Source: Chloroflexota bacterium | GTDB taxonomy: Bacteria; Chloroflexota; Anaerolineae; Anaerolineales; DRMV01 | DNA length: 64,000 nucleotides | Direction of reading: 5' to 3' | NCBI GenBank assembly: GCA_011322445.1 | Contig: DRMV01000021.1 | Location: 1,629 to 65,628 of the forward strand | Shown: in pieces, positions 18,714 through 28,875 of the stretch | How positions within the stretch are numbered: position 1 is the first letter of the stretch | Layout of the letters: each line of letters starts with the position of its first letter | The notes under the pieces: generated by a model | The model's database searches: none | Seen by the model: only the letters and a program-made list of their open reading frames with translations | Told to the model about the DNA's origin: nothing | Made by a program: the position numbers and the translations under genes

Positions 18714-19898
18714 TTAGGGTGAAGAGGTGGCGAGCTTTTTGAGCCCTTCAATGAGGACGCGACTGACTTCAGGCCGGGTAAACTCGACGGGCAGCGGTTC
18801 GCCGCGGCGTAGCATTTCCCGCACCTGGGTGCCTGAGAGGTAAACCCAGTCTTCCTTGCCGTGGGGGCAGGTTTTGGCGGTGACCACAGCCTGGCATTTG
18901 CGGCAGTAGAAAGCGTGTTCGAAAAACAGCGGGGTGATGCCGATTTCTTCGGGCAGGAAGTCGTCGAAGATGTGTTGGGCATCGTAAGTGCCGTAATAGT
19001 TGCCCACGCCTGCATGGTCGCGCCCCACGATGAAATGGGTGCAACCGTAGTTCTTGCGGGCCAACGCGTGCATGATGGCTTCTCGAGGCCCGGCGTAGCG
19101 CATGGCTGCGGGGAAGACACCCAGCACAACCCGGTCGCGCGGGTAGTAAGCATCCAGCACGGCGCGGTAACTGGCGATGCGCACGTCGGCGGGGATATCG
19201 TCTTTCTTGGTTTCCCCAACCAGGGGGTGGAGCAACAGACCGTCCACGACTTCCAGCGCAGTCTTTTGGATGTATTCATGCGCTCGGTGGATGGGGTTGC
19301 GCGTTTGGAAACCTACCACTCGCCGCCAGCCGCGCTCGACGAACATGCGCCGCAATTGCGCGGGTGTGTAGCGAAATTCGGGGAATTCCGTGGTGGTGGC
19401 CGTGGGCCAATCGAAGAGCCAGAAGTCGCCGCCCAGCAACACATCCCCCTGGGCGTAAATACGGGCTACGCCAGGATGGGCTTCGTCGGCCGTGCGATAA
19501 ACTTCGCGAGCCTCGTGGTGTTTGTCGTAGGGATAAATTTCGTCGATTACCATGATGGCAAGCGGCCGGTTGCCCTGACAGAGGGCAATTTCTTGTCCTT
19601 CGTGTAAGGTGCTGGCTTGGGCTTCACTCACGGCCAGGGTCACCGGTATCGGCCATACCAGACCGTTGCTTAAGCGCATTTCGTCCACCACGCGGCGATA
19701 GTCTTCAGAGCGCATAAAGCCGGTGAGAGGGCTGTAGGCGCCGACGGCGATCATTTCCAGGTCGGCGAGGTTCATCCGCGACAGGGGAATGCAGGGCAGG
19801 GAGGCGGCTTTGTCACGCGCCGCGGCGCGTAAACTGCCACGCAGCGAGCGGTCGACTAATGCGCCGCCGTGAGGGGGAATCAATTGAGCGTTTTGCAT
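18714..19898 (-). CDS. sat: sulfate adenylyltransferase (ATP sulfurylase)
   Basis: 394 aa. Hallmark [14 protein letters not shown] and VGRDHAG motifs. Confidence 0.95.
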   Translation of the reverse strand: MQNAQLIPPHGGALVDRSLRGSLRAAARDKAASLPCIPLSRMNLADLEMIAVGAYSPLTGFMRSEDYRRVVDEMRLSNGLVWPIPVTLAVSEAQASTLHEGQEIALCQGNRPLAIMVIDEIYPYDKHHEAREVYRTADEAHPGVARIYAQGDVLLGGDFWLFDWPTATTTEFPEFRYTPAQLRRMFVERGWRRVVGFQTRNPIHRAHEYIQKTALEVVDGLLLHPLVGETKKDDIPADVRIASYRAVLDAYYPRDRVVLGVFPAAMRYAGPREAIMHALARKNYGCTHFIVGRDHAGVGNYYGTYDAQHIFDDFLPEEIGITPLFFEHAFYCRKCQAVVTAKTCPHGKEDWVYLSGTQVREMLRRGEPLPVEFTRPEVSRVLIEGLKKLATSSP

Positions 19899-19939
19899 TA
19901 TTCACCTCATGCCTTGGAATTGCCAACGTGGCTTGCAGA

Positions 19940-20704
19940 CTATACCACACCCATCAGCAAGCGTGCGCCGGCAAGAAAGATGATGACACCTAAAAGCATC
20001 TGCACGTAGCGGGTAGGTACTCGGGTTACCAGGCGGCTTCCGAGCACCGCACCGGGCAGGGCACCAATGAGCAGTGTGCCTAACAATTGCCAGGCAACCA
20101 TGCCGTGCCAGGCGTAGGTCATGGCCGGGAAGAAGGCTAACACGGCCCCCACCAACACGTTCAGCCCTACTAAATGTGCGGGCGGGAGGGAAAAGAGCAA
20201 TAACATGGTGCTCACAAGAAGCGTGCCGCTTCCGATGGAAGTGGCGCCTACCAGCAGCCCCATCAGAATGCCCAATAACACGTTTTGCCACCACGCGGGC
20301 CAGCGTTCTTGGGCAGGCTCGGCGGGTTTCTGCAGCCATTGGGCTGCCCGAGCTATCACGACACACGCGACCACCATTAAGGTGCCGCCGATTACCCTCG
20401 GGAGGACGCGCTCCACCTGAGGCTGATGGACATGCCCTACGATGAAAGTGGCTGCTAACAACGAGGCGGGGACACTGCCCAGCGAAATGTAGAAGGCAGG
20501 CAGGAGCCATACTGTGCGTTGACGCCGGTGCTGCACCGTGCTTGCGCTTTTGACGACGAAGGAAAATACTAAGTCGGTGCCGATGGCAACGGCTGGGTGT
20601 AAATGGGCCACCAGCAACAAAAAGGGTGTCAGAAGCGCGCCACCACCGATCCCTGTAGGCCCCAAGAGAAAACCAATGACTGCCCCGGCCACAAGGTTAA
20701 CCAC
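19940..20704 (-). CDS. TauE/SafE-family anion (sulfite/sulfate-type) membrane transporter
   Basis: 254 aa. About 8 TM helices and a Gly-rich duplicated architecture typical of TauE/SafE. Confidence 0.8.
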   Translation of the reverse strand: MVNLVAGAVIGFLLGPTGIGGGALLTPFLLLVAHLHPAVAIGTDLVFSFVVKSASTVQHRRQRTVWLLPAFYISLGSVPASLLAATFIVGHVHQPQVERVLPRVIGGTLMVVACVVIARAAQWLQKPAEPAQERWPAWWQNVLLGILMGLLVGATSIGSGTLLVSTMLLLFSLPPAHLVGLNVLVGAVLAFFPAMTYAWHGMVAWQLLGTLLIGALPGAVLGSRLVTRVPTRYVQMLLGVIIFLAGARLLMGVV

Positions 20705-20749
20705 GATGCCTGTCCTTTGCTGCCCGTGTTTACAAGCAACAACACAACC

Positions 20750-20779
20750 ACCCGCCCGTACTGTTTGCGGGCGGGTTTT
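20750..20779. terminator. GC hairpin between the glycosyltransferase and tauE-sat-cysC genes (possible attenuator)
   Basis: ACCCGCCCG-TACTGTTT-GCGGGCGGGT with TTTT on the plus side and TGGTTGTGTTGTTG on the minus side. Confidence 0.4.
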
Positions 20780-20797
20780 GTGAGCTCTTTATCAGGT

Positions 20798-22036
20798 TCA
20801 CAGGCCATACAAACGCCGCAGGGCGTTAGTGTGGCCTGTGGGAGAATGTTCTGTTTGGATGTACGCCAGCGCTGCCTGCCCTTTACGGGCAATTTCGTCA
20901 GGGGTGGTTAGAATTTTTTCCAAGACGCTTGCCAACCCATTGCGGATTGCCTGGCTCATTGCTTCCCGCCCTTCAGCGGTGTGGTACGTGCCGACGCCCA
21001 GGGCATCGCGAGGCACTGGAATGCTCCACCCGCGGTCGGGGGCATTAATATCGGCCAGGGCTTGCACATTCGTGGTGACAACGGGGCAGCCTGCAGCCAT
21101 AAATTCCAGTACCGAGTAGCCGTATGAATCGGCGTAGGTTGGTAGCAGCCCCACGTGTGAGCGTTTCATCCACGCAATCACCTCGTCATGGGGCAATTGG
21201 GGAAAATGCTTGATCCAGTCTTGGTGTGCTGCTAACAGTTTTTGGGCGTGGTGTAATTCTTGAAGCCCGGCGTGGGTGGCAAAGTCGTCAATTCGCAAGG
21301 CACTGACAATGATGAGTTCAAAAGGTTGAGGGCTTGCTTCGCGAAGAGCGATGAAACTTTCCAGCATTTCAACGCCCCCTTTGCGGAAGAAGTCGTGCCC
21401 CACAAACATGAAGCGCAATAAGTTTTCAGGCAGGGGCTTGTCTTCGTAACGCTCGACCGTCAGAGGTTGAGGAGGCTGCAGAACCTCCATTTTGCGCTCA
21501 ATTTGCCCTGCTACTTCGCTCGGCATCCACCGTAAGACCTGGCGCTGCACGCGTTGAGCGTAAGGGGAAAGTGCTACCACCCCTCGGCAGGCAGGGGCGG
21601 CCAGGGCTTGGGCGGCTTTCTCAAAACGGCGGCGTTGGGGCAAGGAAAAGTTCGGCGTCTCGGTGCCTAAGTTGGTCAAGACGGAGCGGAACCGTGGCAC
21701 CAAGGTTTCAAACGTAGTAACCCACGGAATTTTCCCGTAACTGACACCATTGAAGAGGTGCACCAGGTCAACGACGTTGGGATCGCGTTCCTGGAATTGG
21801 TTATTGAGATCGAAATGTAGCGCCCATTGGCGGTGGGTTAATCGGTGTCCCCACCAATTGAGGCGCCGGAGCCAGGGAACTGCCCTACCGAATTTGTCTT
21901 CCACGGGAAGGTACTCAACCTCAGGAACCCGCCCGATAATGTTGTATTGGTAAGAATAGTAGCTCCACCGATGCTTGGGAATCCCGACGCGGAGAGATTT
22001 TGCCCGCGTTTCGGAAGGTTTCTCCTTAGGGCTCAT
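20798..22036 (-). CDS. glycosyltransferase, GT-B fold (family 4/1-like)
   Basis: Track ORF 20798..22108. I prefer the ATG at 22036 (MSPKEK), which overlaps the upstream gene end by 11 nt. C-terminal EX7E-type motif YGYSVLEFMAAGCPVV. Confidence 0.8.
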   Translation of the reverse strand: MSPKEKPSETRAKSLRVGIPKHRWSYYSYQYNIIGRVPEVEYLPVEDKFGRAVPWLRRLNWWGHRLTHRQWALHFDLNNQFQERDPNVVDLVHLFNGVSYGKIPWVTTFETLVPRFRSVLTNLGTETPNFSLPQRRRFEKAAQALAAPACRGVVALSPYAQRVQRQVLRWMPSEVAGQIERKMEVLQPPQPLTVERYEDKPLPENLLRFMFVGHDFFRKGGVEMLESFIALREASPQPFELIIVSALRIDDFATHAGLQELHHAQKLLAAHQDWIKHFPQLPHDEVIAWMKRSHVGLLPTYADSYGYSVLEFMAAGCPVVTTNVQALADINAPDRGWSIPVPRDALGVGTYHTAEGREAMSQAIRNGLASVLEKILTTPDEIARKGQAALAYIQTEHSPTGHTNALRRLYGL

Positions 22037-23036
22037 GGCGGGCTCTCCTGCGACGCCACGGGGAGAGCAGCCGTGCCCGCAGCTGCCTCCATTGTTGCCG
22101 AAGGACATGGTAGCGATAAAGTGTGCTGGATTCCCAATAGCGATCGGGGATGATGAAGGCCCAATGGATGGAAATCTCGATAAAGGCTTCCATCAACTCA
22201 CCATTTTCAAGGTAGTCTTTCATGGGCGCTTCCTGCAGCCACGGCGTTTCCTGCAAAAAGCGTTCCCTCCACGCGAGCGAGGTGCGGTCTGCTTGCTTGG
22301 CGAGCGAGGGAGGCGGCGGCTCCGCTGTGACCCCAAGATAGCGATACACCGATGCCAGGGTTTCGGAGAACTTTTTAGAAAGGTCTTCGTACCATACTTC
22401 TAAGTGGGGAATCTGGTAGCGCCGCAAAAACGAGAGCCATGCATTGTCAATGGCTAAAAGTTTCCATAGGCTATACTCGATCAGCCGGCGGTCATACTGG
22501 GGAGGATGGGCAATGCGAATTTCGCCGCTTTTGGGGCGTAGCCATTCGCCGGTTTGTAAGGCTTTGGAGTATGAAATGGCTTGGGCAAGTTTGTCCCGGC
22601 GCTTGATGTGAATGTAGAGCAAATTGGGGAAGAACACTTCTAAGGTTTCGTGCGGCTCCAGAGAAGGTGCGCCGATACCATCCAGGAAGTTGCGAGCAAT
22701 TTTCAAGAATCGCTGGAATTGCCCCCAATTCAATTTCATGCCCAAGATACCGTTGCGGGTTTGGTACTCCAAGACTTGGACTAAATACTCGTAAGGATCG
22801 TCAAAGTTGATATCCCATCCATACTGGTCGCGAAGGGCGCGCTCTTTGTGAAAGGCTTCGATGGGATTGCCGAACTCGACATCGCCTAACGATTTGCATA
22901 GCAAAGTGCTCCCGCTGCGGGGGGCCATTAAAACCACATAACTCTTGTTGGGCGTGGGGAAATCTTCAAATCGTTGCTTGATGAGGGCGCGAGTTTGTTC
23001 AACTTTTTCTGAACGGATAAGCATTGTTTTCACCAT
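22026..23036 (-). CDS. PAPS-dependent sulfotransferase (Stf0-like)
   Basis: 336 aa. 5'-PSB loop PRSGSTLL and 3'-PB-like KRRDKLAQAISYSKA, as in Stf0/trehalose sulfotransferase-type enzymes. The start is ambiguous (M1 at 23036 or M5 at 23024, both overlapping the upstream gene). Confidence 0.7.
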   Translation of the reverse strand: MVKTMLIRSEKVEQTRALIKQRFEDFPTPNKSYVVLMAPRSGSTLLCKSLGDVEFGNPIEAFHKERALRDQYGWDINFDDPYEYLVQVLEYQTRNGILGMKLNWGQFQRFLKIARNFLDGIGAPSLEPHETLEVFFPNLLYIHIKRRDKLAQAISYSKALQTGEWLRPKSGEIRIAHPPQYDRRLIEYSLWKLLAIDNAWLSFLRRYQIPHLEVWYEDLSKKFSETLASVYRYLGVTAEPPPPSLAKQADRTSLAWRERFLQETPWLQEAPMKDYLENGELMEAFIEISIHWAFIIPDRYWESSTLYRYHVLRQQWRQLRARLLSPWRRRRARHEP

Positions 23037-23991
23037 CTATTCTCAAAATGAGGTTCAATGTTGCCAGGCCGTCTTCCAGGGTAACTTCTGGAAGGCTCTG
23101 GCCCCTTATTATATCTAAAAAATGCTTCATTTCATCCAAAAACATGGTATTGCGTTCCCAACCTGGGGGCAGGGAAGCCACTTCCCAGGCTTGTGTGGCG
23201 CTTTGCCACAATTGTGCCTCCCCTGTGGCGTAAGCCCAGCGGATGGTGCCTTCGGTGCCTAACACTTCCAGCCAATGGGAAGGGGGGCGCTGGTGGTAGT
23301 TCAAATGTACGCTCCCCCAGGCTCCGTTTGCGAAGCGCAGGGCGATTTCGGCGGTATCTTCCACGCCTTGAAGTTTCAGGTTGCTCAGGTGGCCTGTGGC
23401 TGCCCAGGTGACCTCGGTTTCGCCCAAAAGATAGCGGAGGTAATCCAGGGGGTGGCAAAGGGTCCGCACCACGCCCCCGCCCAGGTCGGCGCGGGCGGCA
23501 TAACTCTGGCGGTAGTCTTCCCACGGGTGCCAGTCGGGCAGATATTCACCCCAGTGGGCGCGGACGAATAAGGGGCGCCCAATGGCTTCTTGCTGCAACC
23601 ATTTTCGCACCTGTCGGAGCGTTGGGTGAAAGCGAAACTGGAAGCCCACCAGCACGCGCACGCCGTGTTCCCGCACGGCGCGTTGCAGTGCCTCGGTGCC
23701 TTCCAGCGAAGGGGCAATGGGTTTTTCCAGCAGCAGATGGCAGCCTGCCTGCGCCGCGGGCACCGCGACTTCCATGTGCTGAGCCGTGGGGTTGGCGACG
23801 ATGACCGCATCGGGGCGGTAATGTGCGAGGGCATGCTGCAGGTCGGTTTCCGTAGGGAAGCCGGCCAATTCATCGTCGGGCAGCGTGCTGCGGTGCGTGC
23901 GGTAGAGCACGATGTCCTGTTGGCCTAAAGCGAGCAGGTTGCGCAAATGGCGGCGACCAATGGAGCCTAAACCAGCGATGAGGAAACGCAT
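22999..23991 (-). CDS. Gfo/Idh/MocA-family NAD(P)-dependent sugar oxidoreductase
   Basis: Track ORF 22999..24045 trimmed to ATG 23991 (MRFLIAGLGSIGRRH Rossmann motif). The trimmed start removes the overlap with the upstream gene. Confidence 0.85.
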   Translation of the reverse strand: MRFLIAGLGSIGRRHLRNLLALGQQDIVLYRTHRSTLPDDELAGFPTETDLQHALAHYRPDAVIVANPTAQHMEVAVPAAQAGCHLLLEKPIAPSLEGTEALQRAVREHGVRVLVGFQFRFHPTLRQVRKWLQQEAIGRPLFVRAHWGEYLPDWHPWEDYRQSYAARADLGGGVVRTLCHPLDYLRYLLGETEVTWAATGHLSNLKLQGVEDTAEIALRFANGAWGSVHLNYHQRPPSHWLEVLGTEGTIRWAYATGEAQLWQSATQAWEVASLPPGWERNTMFLDEMKHFLDIIRGQSLPEVTLEDGLATLNLILRIDGENNAYPFRKS

Positions 23992-23996
23992 CACAA

Positions 23997-24980
23997 CTAT
24001 TCCAGTGGGTGCAGAATGTAGAAGAGGCGGTTGTAAAGCGCCCATAACAGTCGCCCCATGCCCGGCACACGAAGCAGCCAGTGGCGCGATGAGGCCTGGA
24101 AGCGTTTCGCAGGCGCTATGCCAAGGGCGCGGATGTCTTCAGCGATGTCGGGGGAAATGACGTTGCCGATATGGCGGACATAGCGTTCTACCGTAGCGAG
24201 GCGCAGGTAGCCCAGGCGATCGATAGCGGTATCCAGTTCGCGCATTTGCCCCATTAACTGCCCGCTCCAGGTTTTAGGCAGCACCTCTAACATGAGCGCT
24301 TTGGGGGCGAGGAACTGGAAATGACTTGCTCCTCCAATGGCCTCTGTGTCGCCCATGCGGAAAACCCAGTCAAGGTGGTCGGCTGTGGCTGTGAGGTGTT
24401 CTTGAGGGTCGCGTCCGGTGCTTCGCGCCCAATCGGCTTCCCATTCGTCGGGAATGCGGCGTTCTCGGCGCACTTTAAGCCCGGGCGGAGGGTGGGCGGC
24501 TATGGTTTCCAGAGCGTGAGAGGCATACGTGCTGGCGTCACGTACGGGAACGCCGCTTACCATCCCTGCTTTGGGGAAAGTGTCCAGCAAGCGGAGTTGG
24601 GCTTCCAGCCAGCCGTCGTAAAAGAGAATGTCGTCGTCGCTGTAAGCGATGAATTCGCCAGGAGCCGCGGGAAAAGCCACTTGGAAAGCCCCAATTTTGC
24701 CGAGATTGCGGCGCGAGAGCAACAAATAGTCAATGCTGCCATTGCGGTGCATTTCCAGCAGGTAATCTTGCACGGGTTGGCAACTGGCGTTATCGAAAAC
24801 GAGGAGGTCGAAAGGCTCGCTGGTGCGTTGTAGGCTGGTGAGTGTGGCTTTGAGGATATCCAGCCGCTGGCGGAAGTAACCATCTAACGAAGGAATGTAG
24901 GTAATAACGATGGCGGTAACGCGGGCAGGGCGGTAGGAGGATGTTTTGCCGCGAGCAGGGTTGATGCCGATGCGTGCCAC
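23997..24980 (-). CDS. glycosyltransferase family 2 (GT-A fold)
   Basis: 327 aa. N-terminal VTAIVITY, DNAS and YSDDD (DxD) motifs. Confidence 0.8.
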   Translation of the reverse strand: MARIGINPARGKTSSYRPARVTAIVITYIPSLDGYFRQRLDILKATLTSLQRTSEPFDLLVFDNASCQPVQDYLLEMHRNGSIDYLLLSRRNLGKIGAFQVAFPAAPGEFIAYSDDDILFYDGWLEAQLRLLDTFPKAGMVSGVPVRDASTYASHALETIAAHPPPGLKVRRERRIPDEWEADWARSTGRDPQEHLTATADHLDWVFRMGDTEAIGGASHFQFLAPKALMLEVLPKTWSGQLMGQMRELDTAIDRLGYLRLATVERYVRHIGNVISPDIAEDIRALGIAPAKRFQASSRHWLLRVPGMGRLLWALYNRLFYILHPLE

Positions 24981-24996
24981 TGAATTTCTCCGGGGC

Positions 24997-26313
24997 TTAC
25001 AAGAGGAAGATGTTGTCGAACTCGGCGCGGAAGGGGGCGGTGACGTTGCGCGTATCCAGGACTTGTGGGGCGTGTTGTGCTACGAAGCGGTAGTCTATGC
25101 CCTTGTGGGGAGTAATGATGACCGCGAGATCCACGGCTTGTAAAGTCTCGGCCGTCAAAGGCACGTTTTCCACCGTTTGCCCGTTTGCCACGAGGTGGGG
25201 CACAAAGGGATCATGGTAAACGACGTCAACGCCGCTTTCTTGCAAAAGGCGGATGATCTCTAAGGCAGGGGATTCTCGCAGGTCGCCCACGTTGGGTTTG
25301 TATGCCACGCCGAGGATGAGGATGCGAGAGCGGGAAGGGGCTTTTCCGACGGCGTTCAAGCGCCGCCAGATTTTAGCGTGAACAAAGGGCGGCATTTGGC
25401 GGTTGATCTCGCCCGCGGTGCGGATGAAACGCGTGGGGAAGTTGTATTCGCGGGCTTTCCATTCCAAGTAGTGGGGGTCAATGGGCACGCAATGTCCTCC
25501 AACCCCGGGGCCGGGGTAAAAGGGCATGATGCCGAAAGGCTTTGTAAAGGCCGCGTCTAACACTTCCCAAAAGTTGATGCCCATGCGATCGGCCAGGAGG
25601 AGAAATTCGTTGACTAACCCTATGTTGACGGCGCGAAAAGTGTTTTCAAAAATTTTCGTCATTTCGGCCACCCGCGCCGATTGGACGGGTACCACGGTTT
25701 CGACGACCTGGCTGTAAAAAGCCGTGGCCACCTCGGTGGAGTGGGGGCCGACACCCCCCACCACTTTCGGCGTATTGTGGGTATGCCACTTTGGGTTGCC
25801 AGGGTCCACGCGTTCCGGCGAGTGAGCAAGGAAAAAGTCTCGCTCAACGACAAGCCCACTTTGTTCCAGAATAGGCAGCATGACTTCGTCGGTCGTACCA
25901 GGGTAGGTGGTGGATTCCAGGCTAATGAGTTGGCCTAGCCGCAAGTGGGCGGCTATGCCCTCGGTGGCGCGGCGAATGTAGGTGAGGTCGGGCGTAAGGC
26001 GGGTGTCTAAGGGGGTGGGCACAGCGATGACGATAACGTCCAGTTCGCCGATGCGTTCATAATTGTCGGTTGCATCCAACAAACCTGTGGAAAGCGCCGA
26101 GCGCAGGTCTGCGGCGGGGATGTCTTCGATATAACTTTCGCCTTCCAGCACGGCTTTGACTCGTTGGGGGTTGAGGTCAATTCCTTGGGTAGCAAAGCCT
26201 GCCTTGACGGTTTCCAGGGCAAAAGGTAAACCGACGTAACCTAACCCAATCACGCCAACTTTGGCTTTTCGGCGAGCGATTTTTTCGGCAAGGAGGTGCT
26301 TCGGCGTTTCCAT
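24997..26313 (-). CDS. nucleotide-sugar 6-dehydrogenase (UDP-GlcNAc/UDP-ManNAc dehydrogenase type)
   Basis: 438 aa. NAD motif VGVIGLGYVGLP and catalytic-Cys context GVGGHCVPIDP. Confidence 0.9.
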   Translation of the reverse strand: METPKHLLAEKIARRKAKVGVIGLGYVGLPFALETVKAGFATQGIDLNPQRVKAVLEGESYIEDIPAADLRSALSTGLLDATDNYERIGELDVIVIAVPTPLDTRLTPDLTYIRRATEGIAAHLRLGQLISLESTTYPGTTDEVMLPILEQSGLVVERDFFLAHSPERVDPGNPKWHTHNTPKVVGGVGPHSTEVATAFYSQVVETVVPVQSARVAEMTKIFENTFRAVNIGLVNEFLLLADRMGINFWEVLDAAFTKPFGIMPFYPGPGVGGHCVPIDPHYLEWKAREYNFPTRFIRTAGEINRQMPPFVHAKIWRRLNAVGKAPSRSRILILGVAYKPNVGDLRESPALEIIRLLQESGVDVVYHDPFVPHLVANGQTVENVPLTAETLQAVDLAVIITPHKGIDYRFVAQHAPQVLDTRNVTAPFRAEFDNIFLL

Positions 26314-26325
26314 GGTGGTTTGTCC

Positions 26326-27231
26326 TTATGTAGCGCGAAAATGGGTCTGGAGCCGGCGACTTAGCCTGAGGAGAGCAAGGCCGCCTCGCGAAGTGGGGTA
26401 GCCTCGGCGTTGCAGGCCTAACTCAATGCTGCGCAAGAGGGCGATGTGGGGCCGGTGCAAGCGCCGCACTTTACCGTCGCTCAGGGTGTAATTGGCTTCT
26501 AAAATGCTAAACATGTGGCTGCGCCCACCAGCAAGCCGGATGTTTTCCTGCGATTCTTCCAACCGGTAATGAGGCTGGCCGCCGGGGAGATGGGCGTAAT
26601 CGTGTCGTTGATGGATGACGGTGGTGGCCTGTGTCGCGTCGATGACTTTCCACCCTTGTTTGCGGGCGTGGTAAATCATCCAGTTATCCCAGCCCGCGCG
26701 GCCCACGGCAAAGGGCGGCATATCGGCGTAGGCCGCTTTGGGGAAGACAAAGTAATCGATGCCGAAAGATGAGTGCAGCCTGCCGTTTGCTCGTGCAAAA
26801 GTGCGCAGCCGTTGGGCCCACCCTTCGGTGGTTTCAAGGGGTGTGGTGATGTCTACATCCCAGCGGCGGCCTACCATCAGGAAGTCATCCGGCGTCTGTG
26901 CGAGGATGGCTTCTACCGCTTCCAGAAAATCGGGTAGCAGGATGATGTCGGCATTGACGTAGCACAGGTAAGGTGCTGAAGCGGCGTCCCGCGCGAGGGC
27001 GAAAATGGATGAAACCAACGGCGTGCCTTGCTCGTTGCGAGCCACTTCGGGCAAATGGCGCACGCCCATTTCGGCGGCTACTTCGGCCAGGCCATTTTCT
27101 GCGCCAAGGAGAAGCACTTCGACCTTTTCGCCCAGCGCCAGCCATGAACGGATGGCGTTGCGTTGAATCAGGGCGATGTGCTCGCGATCGAAGGGCTTGG
27201 GAGCGGAAAAAAGGGTCAGCAAAGGCTTCAT
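26326..27231 (-). CDS. putative glycosyltransferase (GT-A-like), uncharacterised family
   Basis: Track ORF 26326..27570 trimmed to ATG 27231 (ATGA overlap with the upstream stop at 27228). N-terminal TLFSAPKPF...IQRNAIRSW and a YVNADIIL acidic motif. Assigned by context and weak pattern only. Confidence 0.5.
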   Translation of the reverse strand: MKPLLTLFSAPKPFDREHIALIQRNAIRSWLALGEKVEVLLLGAENGLAEVAAEMGVRHLPEVARNEQGTPLVSSIFALARDAASAPYLCYVNADIILLPDFLEAVEAILAQTPDDFLMVGRRWDVDITTPLETTEGWAQRLRTFARANGRLHSSFGIDYFVFPKAAYADMPPFAVGRAGWDNWMIYHARKQGWKVIDATQATTVIHQRHDYAHLPGGQPHYRLEESQENIRLAGGRSHMFSILEANYTLSDGKVRRLHRPHIALLRSIELGLQRRGYPTSRGGLALLRLSRRLQTHFRAT

Positions 27232-28823
27232 GGTTTCACCGTAGGGCGGCAATACAACGCCCCGATAGCATCGGTAGCGCAAGGGGTGCCACCATTGTGT
27301 TTCAAGAGCGCCTTCCACCATAAGCGGCTGCGGTCGGCGCCCGGTTGCCACAGCAGCACCACAGCGCCGCCGTGCGCCCGCCATTGTATCAGACGCGGGT
27401 TTTTCGTGGAAGCCTCCTCCCATAACATATAGTAGGGCAGTTCGTTCAGCGCAAAGGCTGGTCGTGCCAGCCAGATAAGCACCCCCGGCCAGTTGTTGGA
27501 GTACAGCGGGGTGTCTGCTGGCAGGGCGGCCACATCGTGCAACACGCCTGCGGTCATGCTTTCCTGCCACGGCCTTGCGGTATAGCCTTCCCCAAAATAG
27601 CGCATGGTGAGGAGGGCCTGATGAGCCGCAGAGGCGGGAGATTTCATCCAGCCCAGCAGCACAAGGATGGCAACAGCCGCAGCAATTTGTTGCAGCCGTG
27701 CCCGCTCAGGCCACTTTGCCTGCAACCACGCCGCCAGCGCGGCCAGGCCGCTCACCAGCCACATGGTGAATGCGGGGGTGTACATGCGGAAATCCAGCGC
27801 AGGGGGCGGCGCGATGAAGACGAACATGAAAGCCAGAAAGGGAAACCACGCGAAGGCATCCAGCGCGGCCAGCAAACTCAGCGTGGCTAGAGGGGAAGCC
27901 GACGCTTTGCGCCAGCGCGCGACTGCCACACCCCAGCCCGCGGCCACGGCGATTACGGCAACCCAGAAGGCGACAATAGCCGCCAGCGGCGGATGGAGCC
28001 AGTAGGGGAAAATTGCAGCCAGAAAGGTGTTGCCGGTAAGGTGCAGGAACTGGCCGAAAGCGGGCAGCCATTGGTGGGGGGCTGTCCATCCTCCCGGCGA
28101 CTGCCCTGCCACGCGGCCGTAGACCATCCACGCGCCGAAAGGCAGTAGAAAGATTGCCCCGCTGATAATCGCCCGCCGCAGCCGTGCGCGCCAGGGCCGT
28201 GAAGGCCAAAAGAGCAGCGGCACGAGCACCAGCACAATGCCCGCGTGCAGGCCGGCATAGCGCACGCTCACGCTGAGGGCGGCGATCATGACCGCGGCCC
28301 ACCACCAGGGACTGCTATCTCGCTGCACGCTGCGCCACATGCTATAAAGCCATGCTGCCAGCATGACCAGAAACGGCGGTTCCGACATCAGGCTGGTAAA
28401 CGCTCGCGCCACCGGCAGGCTGGTTGCCAACATCACCATGCCCAACAGTGCCAGGAGCAGGCGGTCGCTGGCTTCGTAAAGCCACCAGCCGACGATGAAC
28501 AAGAACAGCGCCAGGGAAAGCACATCCAGCAGGCGCCCGGCGGCAATCCAGTCGTTGTGGGTGAGGCGCATCGCCTCCGCGATCAGGGTTGGATAGCCCG
28601 GTGGATAGTGCGTGAGCAAGATGACACTGCCGTCGCTTTGGAGGGAAAGCACGCCTTGCCCGGCAAGAATGTGCCGGGCGGCGTCGACGTAGGCCGCGGA
28701 GTCGGTATAGGCCCACGGCCCCCAGGGAGCCAGGGCGTAAGCGTATACCGCGGCGGCAAGGACGGCGGCGGCAAAGATGAGGAACATCGGCAAGCGTTTG
28801 TCGGAGAAAATGAATCGTTGCAT
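27228..28823 (-). CDS. polytopic membrane glycosyltransferase-like protein (GT-C/ArnT-PMT-like)
   Basis: Track ORF 27228..29036 trimmed to ATG 28823 (MQRFIFSDKRLPMFLIF). More than 10 TM helices. Early loop YTDSAAYVDAARHI resembles the acidic first loop of GT-C enzymes. Confidence 0.6.
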   Translation of the reverse strand: MQRFIFSDKRLPMFLIFAAAVLAAAVYAYALAPWGPWAYTDSAAYVDAARHILAGQGVLSLQSDGSVILLTHYPPGYPTLIAEAMRLTHNDWIAAGRLLDVLSLALFLFIVGWWLYEASDRLLLALLGMVMLATSLPVARAFTSLMSEPPFLVMLAAWLYSMWRSVQRDSSPWWWAAVMIAALSVSVRYAGLHAGIVLVLVPLLFWPSRPWRARLRRAIISGAIFLLPFGAWMVYGRVAGQSPGGWTAPHQWLPAFGQFLHLTGNTFLAAIFPYWLHPPLAAIVAFWVAVIAVAAGWGVAVARWRKASASPLATLSLLAALDAFAWFPFLAFMFVFIAPPPALDFRMYTPAFTMWLVSGLAALAAWLQAKWPERARLQQIAAAVAILVLLGWMKSPASAAHQALLTMRYFGEGYTARPWQESMTAGVLHDVAALPADTPLYSNNWPGVLIWLARPAFALNELPYYMLWEEASTKNPRLIQWRAHGGAVVLLWQPGADRSRLWWKALLKHNGGTPCATDAIGALYCRPTVKP

Positions 28824-28829
28824 GGAAGG

Positions 28830-28875
28830 AGTCGGGGAGTCAGATAGTCGGATAGTCGGGGAGTCAGATAGTCGG
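28830..28875 (-). repeat. 22-nt direct repeat (24-nt period) spanning a stop codon and an intercistronic spacer
   Basis: AGTCGGGGAGTCAGATAGTCGG occurs at 28830-28851 and at 28854-28875. The second copy contains the TGA stop (28864-28866) and the last codons of the upstream GT gene. Confidence 0.85.
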
